Translations under genes and position numbers: made by a program
The notes under the pieces: generated by a model
The model's database searches: none
Told to the model about the DNA's origin: nothing
Seen by the model: only the letters and a program-made list of their open reading frames with translations
Source of the DNA: a virus
Taxonomy: Duplodnaviria; Caudoviricetes
Direction: 5' to 3' (one strand)
Virus record (IMG/VR): IMGVR_UViG_3300048861_000263
Span: 1-34,064 of that record
Length of the DNA stretch: 34,064 nucleotides
Part shown: positions 1 to 8,091 of the stretch, one piece after another
Position numbering within the stretch: position 1 is the first letter of the stretch
Layout: every line of letters begins with the position of its first letter

Positions 1-41
1 GGGCGATGCCATGTTAGACACCGCCTTCGTCGGTATCCGTT

Positions 42-126
42 GCCCCATTGGCGGAATTGGTAGACGCGCTCGACTCAAAATCGAGTTTCGAAAGAAGTGC
101 TGGTTCGACTCCGGCATGGGGCACCA
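42..126 (+). tRNA. tRNA-Leu(CAA), integration target
   Basis: Acceptor stem GCCCCAT/ATGGGGC plus ACCA; D-arm GGCGGAATTGGTAGACGC; anticodon arm CTCGA-CTCAAAA-TCGAG (CAA); long variable arm; T-loop GGTTCGACTCC. Confidence 0.97.
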
Positions 127-128
127 CT
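111..128 (+). repeat. att core, tRNA-proximal copy CCGGCATGGGGCACCACT
   Basis: Exact 18-bp match to 33557-33574; overlaps the tRNA 3' end. Confidence 0.93.
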
Positions 129-168
129 CCTTTCTGTCGACGTTGATTTTCCATCGGAATTTAGCGGT

Positions 169-210
169 TTTTGTCCCGCATTTTGGAACCCGCAAATATG
201 CGGGACAAAA
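169..210. repeat. 13-bp inverted repeat next to att (integrase arm sites or terminator)
   Basis: TTTTGTCCCGCAT (169-181) / ATGCGGGACAAAA (198-210); related TTTTGTTCCG at 221-230. Confidence 0.6.
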
Positions 211-216
211 CCCGTC

Positions 217-1317
217 CTATTTTTGTTCCGGAACGAGCTTGTGAATGGCGCCTGCTGCGATCTTTTTGCGGCGGGCTTTTTTCGTGTAGACGGTCGTCTG
301 ATTCTTCGTCGTCCAGCCGAAGATCGCCATCAGCTCTTCGTCGGTCGCGCCGTTTTCGGCAGCGATCGTCGCGCCCGCCTTGCGCAGGCCATGGGTGCTG
401 CAATGCGGGAGATCGGCAGCGGTGCACCAGTCGCGCATCTTGTTGCCGAGCCCCTTTGTGCTGAACGGCTTGCCGAATTCGGTCACGAGGAAATTTAGGT
501 TGCCAACCTCACTTTCATCGATCGTCGTTTGCAGATCCGCAAGCACAGGGATCTCGACGACGACGTTGCTGCTCTTCCTGGTCTTCTCTGGACGGATCGT
601 CAGCACGCCGTCGCGGATATGTTGACGGCCGAGGATCGCCAGGTTGTTAAGCCGCAGGCCGGTGTAGAGAGCGAGATGCAGCATGAGGCGCGCCTTGCTG
701 CCGACCGGGTGCTTCGCCTCGTATTGACGCACCTCGGCGATCGTCCACGTATGAAAGCCGTCGCCCGAATGAAGCAGCTTGATCTTCGAGGCCGGGTTTG
801 CAGCCACGTTCTCGATCGCGCTGTCGATCGCCCACGAGAAGAGTGCAGACAGAGATCGAACGATCTCATTCTGCGCACCAGGTGTGTCGCGCAGCTCGTC
901 GCGCATCTTGATCACATGCCGACGAAGCATGTCTGTGTAGGGCAGATCGCCGACGCGCGTCGCTCCGAACTTGTAGTCGCATACATCTTCGAGGATCTTC
1001 GACCGGCGGGCCAACAGCGTCGCGTTGATTTTCCCGACGATCCGCCGCTTGTATTCCATAACCAGCCAGTCGAATGTTCCGTTCTCCGGCTTACGCACGA
1101 GAGTAACTGCAGGCGCAGTTGTTGCGCCTTCCGGCGTATAGGCGACGCCGAGGCGGGCACATGCCACCTCGCGGTCAAAGGCGTCTGTTCCCGGCGTCTC
1201 GCGCAGGCGAACCTTCGGGCGGCCGGGCGCGCGGAAATAATAGCGCGGCTCCCGACTGCGATGATCGCGATCGAGGCTGACGCCCTTCGGAAGTTTATCG
1301 TCCAGCTTTTTCGGCAT
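217..1317 (-). CDS. int: Tyrosine recombinase (prophage integrase)
   Basis: LYTGLR, HGLRK, FGW and TVY catalytic motifs; ends beside the tRNA att; start at MPKKLD (1317) preferred, ORF extends to 1365. Confidence 0.95.
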   Translation of the reverse strand: MPKKLDDKLPKGVSLDRDHRSREPRYYFRAPGRPKVRLRETPGTDAFDREVACARLGVAYTPEGATTAPAVTLVRKPENGTFDWLVMEYKRRIVGKINATLLARRSKILEDVCDYKFGATRVGDLPYTDMLRRHVIKMRDELRDTPGAQNEIVRSLSALFSWAIDSAIENVAANPASKIKLLHSGDGFHTWTIAEVRQYEAKHPVGSKARLMLHLALYTGLRLNNLAILGRQHIRDGVLTIRPEKTRKSSNVVVEIPVLADLQTTIDESEVGNLNFLVTEFGKPFSTKGLGNKMRDWCTAADLPHCSTHGLRKAGATIAAENGATDEELMAIFGWTTKNQTTVYTKKARRKKIAAGAIHKLVPEQK

Positions 1318-1576
1318 TATCGAAAGCATTCCCCTTGGGCGCGAATTCGTCAAGCGGCTCGCCATCCTTGTGCGGCAGCTTGCGGAAGGCCTCTATCAGT
1401 TCGCCGACGTCATAGACCTGGCGCTCGCCGATCATTCGCGGCTTAGGCATGGTGCCGGCGCCAACTGCCTTGTCGAACAGGCTGACGCTGATACCGATCA
1501 AGGTGGCGGCTTGCTCGCGGTTGATGCCGAGCGGCGGCAGGGAGAGCGGAAGAATTTCGGCCTTCATCGCCTTCAT
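1295..1576 (-). CDS. Excisionase/AlpA-like HTH protein
   Basis: REQAATLIGISVSLFDKAVGAGTMPKPRMIGERQVYDV pattern; immediately upstream of int. Confidence 0.75.
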   Translation of the reverse strand: MKAMKAEILPLSLPPLGINREQAATLIGISVSLFDKAVGAGTMPKPRMIGERQVYDVGELIEAFRKLPHKDGEPLDEFAPKGNAFDNAEKAGR

Positions 1577-1577
1577 C

Positions 1578-1917
1578 TCACGCCTCCTCGCAAACGAGCG
1601 CGGCCTTGCGGGCCTGCCACATGCGTATCTTGTTGCGCTTCTGCGTGACCATCTCCAGATGCTTCGGCTCCGGCCGAACGCAGAGGCGGTTGCGGCAGAC
1701 GTGGTCTATTTCTTTCTTGCCTGGGATGTAGCCGTGCTCGTTGGTCCACATGACCAGATGGACCGCTACCGTCTGCCCCCCCCAGGCTCATGCGAGGGTA
1801 GCCAGCGCCGCGACCTTCCGTGCCGGACGTCGGGCCTGTCCATATCCAGCAGCCGGTGACCGGATCGACGGTCACGCGTGCCAAGATCTTCTCACGGATG
1901 CGGTCGCGGCGGGTCAT
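1578..1917 (-). pseudogene. HNH endonuclease frameshifted in a G8 tract
   Basis: GCWIWTG..GYPRM N-terminus; removing one G at 1776-1783 gives LGGQTVAVHLVMW..IDHVCRNRLCVRP..HLEMVTQKRN..CEEA* (112 aa). Confidence 0.85.
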
Positions 1918-2471
1918 TTTGCCTCCGCAGCGAAGGCGGACTTTGCCCGGTACTTTGCTTCCGCCTCGCCCTTGAGCCTCAAGCCGTCAGCGCAAATGCA
2001 GTAGCCCTGCCATCGATCCTCGTAGTCGTAGACCTCGCCGTCCGCGTCGCACTTGCTGCAGGTATCATCCCAATCGTCGAGCGGATCGTATGAATCCATT
2101 GCCTCAATCTCAGCCCATGCCTCGTCATTGACGCGCTTGATACAGGCGCCGCAGACACGGTAAACCCGGCCATTCATCCCCTCTTCGTAGTCGCGAGCAT
2201 CGCGAAGATCGGTCGCCAGGCCTTTGCACCATTCGCATTGGCCTGTACGCCATTCGAGTTCTTCGGCCTGTCCGGCCTCAGAACATCTGTAGGAACGGCG
2301 CTCATCCACGCATTGCTGGCAAATGTCTTCCATTTCGCAGCCGAAGGAATCCGTCTCGCCCTGAACGCGGACAACGGCCGGCTGGTCCGGATGGTAGTCG
2401 CACATCATGCCTTCAGGCACATCGCGCGTTGTGCCGGCAAGTGTTGATATCGGCCCGGTGACGGCGGCCAT
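1914..2471 (-). CDS. Cys-rich (CxxC) phage hypothetical protein
   Basis: Several CxxC/CxxH motifs; translationally coupled to both neighbours. Confidence 0.7.
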   Translation of the reverse strand: MAAVTGPISTLAGTTRDVPEGMMCDYHPDQPAVVRVQGETDSFGCEMEDICQQCVDERRSYRCSEAGQAEELEWRTGQCEWCKGLATDLRDARDYEEGMNGRVYRVCGACIKRVNDEAWAEIEAMDSYDPLDDWDDTCSKCDADGEVYDYEDRWQGYCICADGLRLKGEAEAKYRAKSAFAAEAK

Positions 2472-3331
2472 CACGCACTCTCCATGCCGCACTGCTGCGC
2501 GTTATGAATGAACAAGCGACGGTTCTGATCGCGGACGATGTAGCGGACGGCGCCGCCAAGCTCCTTCGGGAACGAGCAGAGCAGTTGGCCGTCGTACTGA
2601 TAGTCGCCGCCGGTTACCGTAATGGGCTCATCGATCCAACGGAAATCGTCCAGCCCGGCAATAGGCTTTCCGGCTTGCGCCGCCTCGGCGAGCTGTACGG
2701 CTTCTCGCAGAATGACGATGGCGGTGCGAGGGCCAGTGCCAATATCGTCTGCGGCCATATCGACGGCCTCGGCCATTTCAAGCACCAGCTTGGCAAGCTG
2801 CTTGGTCTCGCCGCAGGCCTGGCGATGGCAGGCGAACGATTCCTCAAGGTTGCTCTTCAGCGCATCGATAACTTCCCACACTGCGAACGGGTCGTCAGCC
2901 TCGCCGAGTTCTGCGGCGATCTTTAGCAGCTCGTGCTTGTAGGCGCCTAAAGGGATGGTCGGCGCGGCCGCATCCACTTTCTGCGCCGTCTCGATCGCCC
3001 ATGACAGATCGGAAAAGACGAGGATTCCGGGATGGTGCTGAACTGAGAAGCTGTCGATACCAACTCCGAATACAGGTACACCACTCGCAAGAGCAACGCC
3101 GACCTCGACCCAACCGCCCTTGAGATCCTCACCATCCTCGCGATAGACGATCAGCGCGCTGCAAGAGCTAGCCTCTGCAACACATCGGCTCCACAGATCC
3201 GCAAAGTCATCTGTCTCGCCTACACCTGCCTCGTCGATCCAAGTTGAGATGATTGGCACACCAGCAGAACGCATGGCCCGCCAACGTTCGGCATGCTTCG
3301 TCTTGCTGGCAATATAGATTCCGGCTGTCAT
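2471..3331 (-). CDS. Multidomain protein with N-terminal nucleoside 2-deoxyribosyltransferase-like domain
   Basis: IYIAS..STWID..ALIVY..GGWVEVGVALASGVPVF resembles the NDT superfamily (ExGxA). Confidence 0.6.
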   Translation of the reverse strand: MTAGIYIASKTKHAERWRAMRSAGVPIISTWIDEAGVGETDDFADLWSRCVAEASSCSALIVYREDGEDLKGGWVEVGVALASGVPVFGVGIDSFSVQHHPGILVFSDLSWAIETAQKVDAAAPTIPLGAYKHELLKIAAELGEADDPFAVWEVIDALKSNLEESFACHRQACGETKQLAKLVLEMAEAVDMAADDIGTGPRTAIVILREAVQLAEAAQAGKPIAGLDDFRWIDEPITVTGGDYQYDGQLLCSFPKELGGAVRYIVRDQNRRLFIHNAQQCGMESA

Positions 3332-3879
3332 GAGTGGGTTCTCCATGCGTCATAGTCCGCACGCAGGCTTTTCCACCTGGCGGCGGCGTTGGGATCTGTG
3401 TTGAGTTCGCGGCGGGATGAGACGGCGAGGATCGAGCGGACGCGCGATTCCACCCGCAAGCTATCGCCAGCGTCTGTCAGGTCATGCCGCTCGATCAGGT
3501 ATCGGCGGAACGATTGCTCGCCGCATTTCATCGCGCATTCGGCGGCGAAGTCCTTGGGCTCGTTGATGGAAGCCTTGCGCGACTGACGGCCTTGCGGACG
3601 ATCGCCATGCGACTGCCTGCGGATGACCGCGAACGCCTCGTCCAGCAGGCATAGCAGTCCGCGCATGATCGTCGGCGCCGAGGCGATGAAGCGGCGATCG
3701 TCATAGCTGGCTTCTGGCAACAGGGCGGCGATCGGTATGATCTCGCCCGTAAGCCGATCATGGATGCAGATCTCGGCGCGCCCGGCTTTCGTGTCGAAGC
3801 TCTCTGCGTAATCATCGGAAATGAGGCCAGACAGTTCGCGGGCGAGCGGAAGGACTTTGCGGGCGGTTTCAAGATCCAC
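3328..3879 (-). CDS. Phage hypothetical protein
   Basis: 183-aa coupled ORF; FAAECAMKC..RSILAVSSRRELNTD..W C-terminal motif. Confidence 0.7.
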   Translation of the reverse strand: MDLETARKVLPLARELSGLISDDYAESFDTKAGRAEICIHDRLTGEIIPIAALLPEASYDDRRFIASAPTIMRGLLCLLDEAFAVIRRQSHGDRPQGRQSRKASINEPKDFAAECAMKCGEQSFRRYLIERHDLTDAGDSLRVESRVRSILAVSSRRELNTDPNAAARWKSLRADYDAWRTHS

Positions 3880-3882
3880 AGG

Positions 3883-4446
3883 TCACGCCTCCGAAGCCGC
3901 CAGCCGGAACATGACCGGCTGCTGGTCGCGCGGGATGCGGTGCTTGCCACGCGCCAGCGGATGTTTCGGGAATCCGTCCTTGGTTTTGCCGAGGCAGATC
4001 AGGTCGACGAGGTGATGACGGGCGCGACTGCAGAACCATTGATCCCGATCGTCGAAGCCGCCGGCATTGCCCCATGCGGCGAGCAGCGGCACGTTAGCGT
4101 GCCGGGCATAGGCGAAGGCAAGCTCGATATGCAGATGATTGCGCGGCCCGGTCGGGTTGGCGGCCTTCATCATTTCGGCGATCGACGAGCTGCGGTAGGA
4201 ATAGAGGTTGACGACCAACAGGCCGCCATAGCCCCAGAGCTTGGCGAACCAGATCAGGGTCAGGATCGTCGGGTCATTGATCTCGTGATCCGCCTTCGAC
4301 GGATTGACCATGCAGACCGGCAGCAACGGCTTGGTGCTGTCCCATACGCGGCGCAGCTCGTCGCGATAGAGGCCGCAATCGGAGAGGACCGCCGACATAT
4401 GCACCGCGCCCTTGCCTGTCGGATTGAGGGTCAGGTCAGCCTGCAT
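3883..4446 (-). CDS. DUF1643 family protein
   Basis: SDCGLYR..LRRVW, NPSKAD..DPT, VVNLY, AAWG and PKHPL motifs. Confidence 0.85.
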   Translation of the reverse strand: MQADLTLNPTGKGAVHMSAVLSDCGLYRDELRRVWDSTKPLLPVCMVNPSKADHEINDPTILTLIWFAKLWGYGGLLVVNLYSYRSSSIAEMMKAANPTGPRNHLHIELAFAYARHANVPLLAAWGNAGGFDDRDQWFCSRARHHLVDLICLGKTKDGFPKHPLARGKHRIPRDQQPVMFRLAASEA

Positions 4447-5587
4447 TGGACATCCCATCCAGAATGAACGGTGCCAGCGCGAACAGCTCTCCCTCGGCTC
4501 CCAAGGGACGGAATACGACGGGAACGTTGTTGGCGCCGATACTGATCGAAACATCCTCGCCGGACACGCTGTCGAGCAGGCCAGCCAGCAGCTTGCCGTG
4601 AAAGCCGATCTGAAACCCATCCGCTCCGCCGTACTCGACTGCCAAATCGTCGCCGGCTGCTTCGCCCTCCTGCGTGGACAGCTGCATTCGCATCATGTTT
4701 TTCTGCAGCGTAACCTTTATGGGCTCGCGCTGCATGTCCTCGGAAATCAGACAGACGCGCGTGACCGAGGCGCGGAAATCCGCAATATTGGCAACGATCT
4801 CCTTGTCGCCCGGCGGCGGGATCAGGGCGGCATAGTTTGGATATTTGCCGTCGACGAGCTTGGAGGTGATCGAGACATCGCCACAGCGAATGTTCATCAG
4901 CACTTCCGAAAAGGTAAGTTCAGCCTCTGCCTTCACATCGCCGAGCAGCTTGCGGATCGCGTTCGCAGTACGAACCGGGATGATAGCCGGCGGAAAAGAT
5001 GCTTGCGAGCGCGTGCGCACGTCCATGACGGCGATGTTGCGGCCATTGCATCCAACCGCGCGGATCTCTGCGCCGTCATTTGCTGCATGGACATGGATAC
5101 CAGCAAGGTAGACCCGATGGGTCTTTTCCGGCTCCACAGCATGCAGCACTTTTCCAAACGCCTTTGCCAGCGCCGGGACGTCGACCGTGAAGGAATCGCC
5201 AGAGACATGCTGCACCATCGACGGATAGTCCTGCTCGGGTAGGGTCAAAAGCGCGAAGCGTGACTTGCCGGCGCTGATCCGCACCTGGTCCTTGGATGAT
5301 CCGGGCGCGAAAGTGATCTCCGCCGTTTCCGGCAGATTCTTGATGATTCCGTGCAGATCCTTGCCCGCCAGTGTGAAGCCCTGAGTCGCGACCACATCGA
5401 GCGTGTCGCACCAGGCCTCGATCTCGATATCCAGCGTCGTACCGCGCAACATCAGACGATCCGCAATCGGCTTGATAAGCACATTGGTGAGGATCGGGAT
5501 CGTCGACTTTGCCTCGACAGCTTCAAGTGCAGCTGTGAGGGCTGAAAGGAACTGCGAACGGTGGACCCGGAAATAGTGATCAGCCAC
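4436..5587 (-). CDS. dnaN: Prophage-encoded DNA polymerase III beta (sliding clamp) homolog
   Basis: STIPILTNVLI, GTTLDIEI, SKLVDGKYPNY and IGFHGKLL motifs; 383 aa from GTG 5587. Confidence 0.92.
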   Translation of the reverse strand: MADHYFRVHRSQFLSALTAALEAVEAKSTIPILTNVLIKPIADRLMLRGTTLDIEIEAWCDTLDVVATQGFTLAGKDLHGIIKNLPETAEITFAPGSSKDQVRISAGKSRFALLTLPEQDYPSMVQHVSGDSFTVDVPALAKAFGKVLHAVEPEKTHRVYLAGIHVHAANDGAEIRAVGCNGRNIAVMDVRTRSQASFPPAIIPVRTANAIRKLLGDVKAEAELTFSEVLMNIRCGDVSITSKLVDGKYPNYAALIPPPGDKEIVANIADFRASVTRVCLISEDMQREPIKVTLQKNMMRMQLSTQEGEAAGDDLAVEYGGADGFQIGFHGKLLAGLLDSVSGEDVSISIGANNVPVVFRPLGAEGELFALAPFILDGMSNAG

Positions 5588-5927
5588 GAACAGATCCCCT
5601 ATTGCCGGACAGGAGGTCGGCGATTGCGCATTCCGTAGATGGGGGGGCAAGCATGGGGAATTGCGCGTGCATTTCCTCCATGGCGGCCTTGGTGTCGTCT
5701 TCGGCGAGAAGTCGATAGACCCGCTCCAGCCAGATGCCATTCGAGACAATGTCGACGAAGGCGCGCACGATCTCGGCTTCTTCGAACTCCTCAATCCGGA
5801 CGTACACTTCCACCGCGACTTTAAGATCCGTGGTGTTCCCTGCGGTAAGGTCATTCTCTTTCAGCCACTCGTCGACGCCTTCGTGCGTCTCGAAGTCGAT
5901 CTTGATGTCGCGTGTAAATTTGGCCAC
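5580..5927 (-). CDS. Phage hypothetical protein
   Basis: 115-aa ORF with AGGAG RBS; overlaps the dnaN start. Confidence 0.7.
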   Translation of the reverse strand: MAKFTRDIKIDFETHEGVDEWLKENDLTAGNTTDLKVAVEVYVRIEEFEEAEIVRAFVDIVSNGIWLERVYRLLAEDDTKAAMEEMHAQFPMLAPPSTECAIADLLSGNRGSVRG

Positions 5928-5932
5928 TACGC

Positions 5933-6271
5933 CTACTCCTGTTGCTCAAGGTGAGAGATCATCGCCGACAGCATGTGTCGGACGGCCCGCTCGGCGTTGC
6001 GTGCGCCACGAAGGTCCAGCAGGTGGTTCATGCCCTTGGCGAGGCTGATCAGCACCGCGTCATCGACCATGTCGCCGAGCGCGTTCGTGTCGCGATGCAC
6101 TGCGATCGTGTTGAGTGCCTGCAGTTCTAGTGTGGCGGAGGCGATGTTTTCCATCGCGTGCGCAAGGTGGGCATGCTCTGCCAGAAAGATCTGCTGCAGT
6201 GTGCCCTGCTCTGTCGGGTCGACGACGCGCAGCTTGCTGCGCGCGGGGAAGCTGAAAATCTCCGCCATCAC
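5933..6271 (-). CDS. Phage hypothetical protein
   Basis: 112-aa ORF coupled in the leftward operon. Confidence 0.65.
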   Translation of the reverse strand: MMAEIFSFPARSKLRVVDPTEQGTLQQIFLAEHAHLAHAMENIASATLELQALNTIAVHRDTNALGDMVDDAVLISLAKGMNHLLDLRGARNAERAVRHMLSAMISHLEQQE

Positions 6272-6417
6272 TGGTCTCTCCAGCTGTCTTCGACCTCGAA
6301 GCGGCCGTCACGCAGCTTGCGCGCGGCGCGCAGAAGGATGCCGCCTGTGACAAGGGTTACGCTGATTGACCAGAGCGCGCAGAACGCGATGACGGCCCAC
6401 ATGAAGGATTGGCTCAT
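6268..6417 (-). CDS. Small membrane protein (49 aa)
   Basis: MSQSFMWAVIAFCALWSISVTLVTGGILL hydrophobic helix; coupled. Confidence 0.55.
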   Translation of the reverse strand: MSQSFMWAVIAFCALWSISVTLVTGGILLRAARKLRDGRFEVEDSWRDQ

Positions 6418-6419
6418 GG

Positions 6420-6596
6420 TCAGACGCTCGACGCGATTTCGAAGTCGCGCTGCATTGAGCGCAACTGCACGCCAACGCCAAAGATGTCCGCCACCAGAAG
6501 CACGGCAGCGATGATTGTCAGCGCGACGATCAATCGATCGTGCTGCGGCCTGGCGTCGTCGCGCGACCGCGTCATGATTGAAATGCGATGCTTCAT
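6420..6596 (-). CDS. Small membrane protein (58 aa, not in ORF track)
   Basis: Hand-translated MKHRISIMTRSRDDARPQHDRLIVALTIIAAVLLVADIFGVGVQLRSMQRDFEIASSV; GAGAGGG RBS. Confidence 0.6.
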   Translation of the reverse strand: MKHRISIMTRSRDDARPQHDRLIVALTIIAAVLLVADIFGVGVQLRSMQRDFEIASSV

Positions 6597-6673
6597 GAGA
6601 ATGCCCTCTCACATCCGGTTGGGTAACCGCCGACGCCAGGGGTGGGGCGTGGCGGTCGCCAAACCGGATAGGT

Positions 6674-6871
6674 TCAGGCGGCGTGGCGGCTGGCGGCCTG
6701 CGCGTAGATCACCGAAGCGTCGTGGGCGTAGCGGTCAATCTGCGCGTCGGTGTAGCCGGCGCCCTGTAGATCCTTGCGGGTCAGACCTTCGCCCTTTTCC
6801 TGCGCGATCTTTGCCATCTCGGCGGGGATGTTGCGGCCACGGACGGGATTGTAGTTCTGAGTCTGCATCAT
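6674..6871 (-). CDS. First gene of the leftward early operon, hypothetical (65 aa)
   Basis: GGAGAG RBS before MMQTQNYNP. Confidence 0.65.
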   Translation of the reverse strand: MMQTQNYNPVRGRNIPAEMAKIAQEKGEGLTRKDLQGAGYTDAQIDRYAHDASVIYAQAASRHAA

Positions 6872-6890
6872 GCTCTCCATCTTGAACCTC

Positions 6891-6969
6891 CCGAAGTTCG
6901 CCGCTGCCGGGAGGAGGATGGCAGCGGCGCGCCCTTCGGCGATCCGATCAGGGAGGAGGTTGCTCGGAT
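6891..6969 (-). ncRNA. Two-hairpin RNA with CCUCCUCCC loops (cuckoo/anti-SD type) in the PL leader
   Basis: Minus strand TCCGAGCA-ACCTCCTCCC-TGATCGGA and CGCCGCTGCC-ATCCTCCTCCC-GGCAGCGGCG. Confidence 0.7.
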
Positions 6970-7016
6970 GCAAGAGTAAAAGCATAACTCAAACTTAGAT
7001 ACAAGCAAAACTTACA
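6968..7016 (-). promoter_or_regulatory. Putative PL/OL promoter-operator
   Basis: About 50-bp inverted near-copy of 8091-8140; identical 14-bp core AAGCATAACTCAAA (6980-6993). Confidence 0.7.
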
Positions 7017-7068
7017 AATGACCGAATCACTTCAGACTCGACTCAGCTTGCAAAAGAATCAATTATGA

Positions 7069-7083
7069 GAACGGAAAAAGAAC
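7069..7083 (+). promoter_or_regulatory. Alphaproteobacterial LexA (SOS) box
   Basis: GAAC-GGAAAAA-GAAC is a perfect GAAC-N7-GAAC, just upstream of GGAG RBS (7091) and GTG (7101). Confidence 0.8.
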
Positions 7084-7100
7084 AAACACGGGAGACGAGC

Positions 7101-7391
7101 GTGCTGCCAACTAGCGAACCAACACTTTCCGAGGTCAGCTCGATAGCGATTGAGTGCGCGGATTGCGGGCATTCTAGATGGAGAAAGCCGGCTGAATTCT
7201 TTAAGGCAGGGTTCAAACCCGCCTCAAAGATCGCCGAGGTTGGCGCTCGCCTATTCTGTTCGCATTGTCGCGATCAAGGGCTTCCGGGGAAAAATGTGGT
7301 CTTGCAGGCAGCTTTCGCCGCGGACGCTGGAGGCCGCCTAGGAGAGAGCTACTCGCGCCCTAAAATCCAAAAAGTTCGCGTGGCGGGATGA
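7101..7391 (+). CDS. Small Zn-ribbon protein, probably SOS-regulated
   Basis: CADC..CSHC pairs; overlaps the cI 3' end convergently; ORF track starts it at 7065. Confidence 0.65.
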   Translation: MLPTSEPTLSEVSSIAIECADCGHSRWRKPAEFFKAGFKPASKIAEVGARLFCSHCRDQGLPGKNVVLQAAFAADAGGRLGESYSRPKIQKVRVAG

Positions 7392-8091
7392 TTCGCCACA
7401 TGTTCTTGACAGAGTAAGTGTCGAACACGATTTGCTTTTCCGGGTTGTACTGCTGGCAAATTAGCTGCCCCCGCGCTCGCTCTAAGAGCTTTTTAACGTA
7501 GGCCTTCCCGACAGACTGACCTTCTTCCGGATACATTTCTATAACGACATGATCACCGGGGACAGGCGGCCTTCCGCCACAATACTGAAGTTCGCCAGGA
7601 TCATAGCGCGGCACCATGCTGTCGCTGATTATGTGGATCGCAAACACATTAGCCAAATGGGCGATGCCCGGCGGTCTGCGCGCAAACCCTTGCACTTCAC
7701 CGTTCAAAGTGAAATCGCCGTCGTCGCCACCAGCTGCAACACCAAGAATTTTAACGTCTCGTGGCCCGAGCTGCAAAACTCCCGGCTCCGTAACGATCTC
7801 CGCCTCATTGAGTGATTCGGTATCATCCACAAACAAAACCTCACCCCGCCCGAGCGCGGTTGGGTCTACTCCCAAGAATTCTGCTGTTCTCAACAGGTTT
7901 TCCGTCGAGGGTAAATTCCGGCCTGTTTCCCAATTCCCAACGGCAGCCACGTCCTTGCCCACGAAGGCGGCAATGTCCTTCATCACAAGGTTCTTCTGCT
8001 TGCGCGCGGCTCGTATCGCCGCGCCCACGGCAATGGCTTTTTCATTCTTAGGCATAGGCGCAATTGAAAGCAAAGCTTGTCTTTGGTCCAT
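7360..8091 (-). CDS. cI: CI-like repressor (XRE HTH plus S24 autopeptidase)
   Basis: IRAARKQK..NWETGRNLP HTH; VAAG cleavage site; DSM serine and VKKL lysine. Confidence 0.93.
   Translation of the reverse strand: MDQRQALLSIAPMPKNEKAIAVGAAIRAARKQKNLVMKDIAAFVGKDVAAVGNWETGRNLPSTENLLRTAEFLGVDPTALGRGEVLFVDDTESLNEAEIVTEPGVLQLGPRDVKILGVAAGGDDGDFTLNGEVQGFARRPPGIAHLANVFAIHIISDSMVPRYDPGELQYCGGRPPVPGDHVVIEMYPEEGQSVGKAYVKKLLERARGQLICQQYNPEKQIVFDTYSVKNMWRIIPPRELFGF

Noticed and set aside
2480-2640. DfrB/R67 dihydrofolate reductase-like C-terminal module
   Set aside because: Only a vague SH3-like pattern; the VQIY active-site motif is absent (LFIH)
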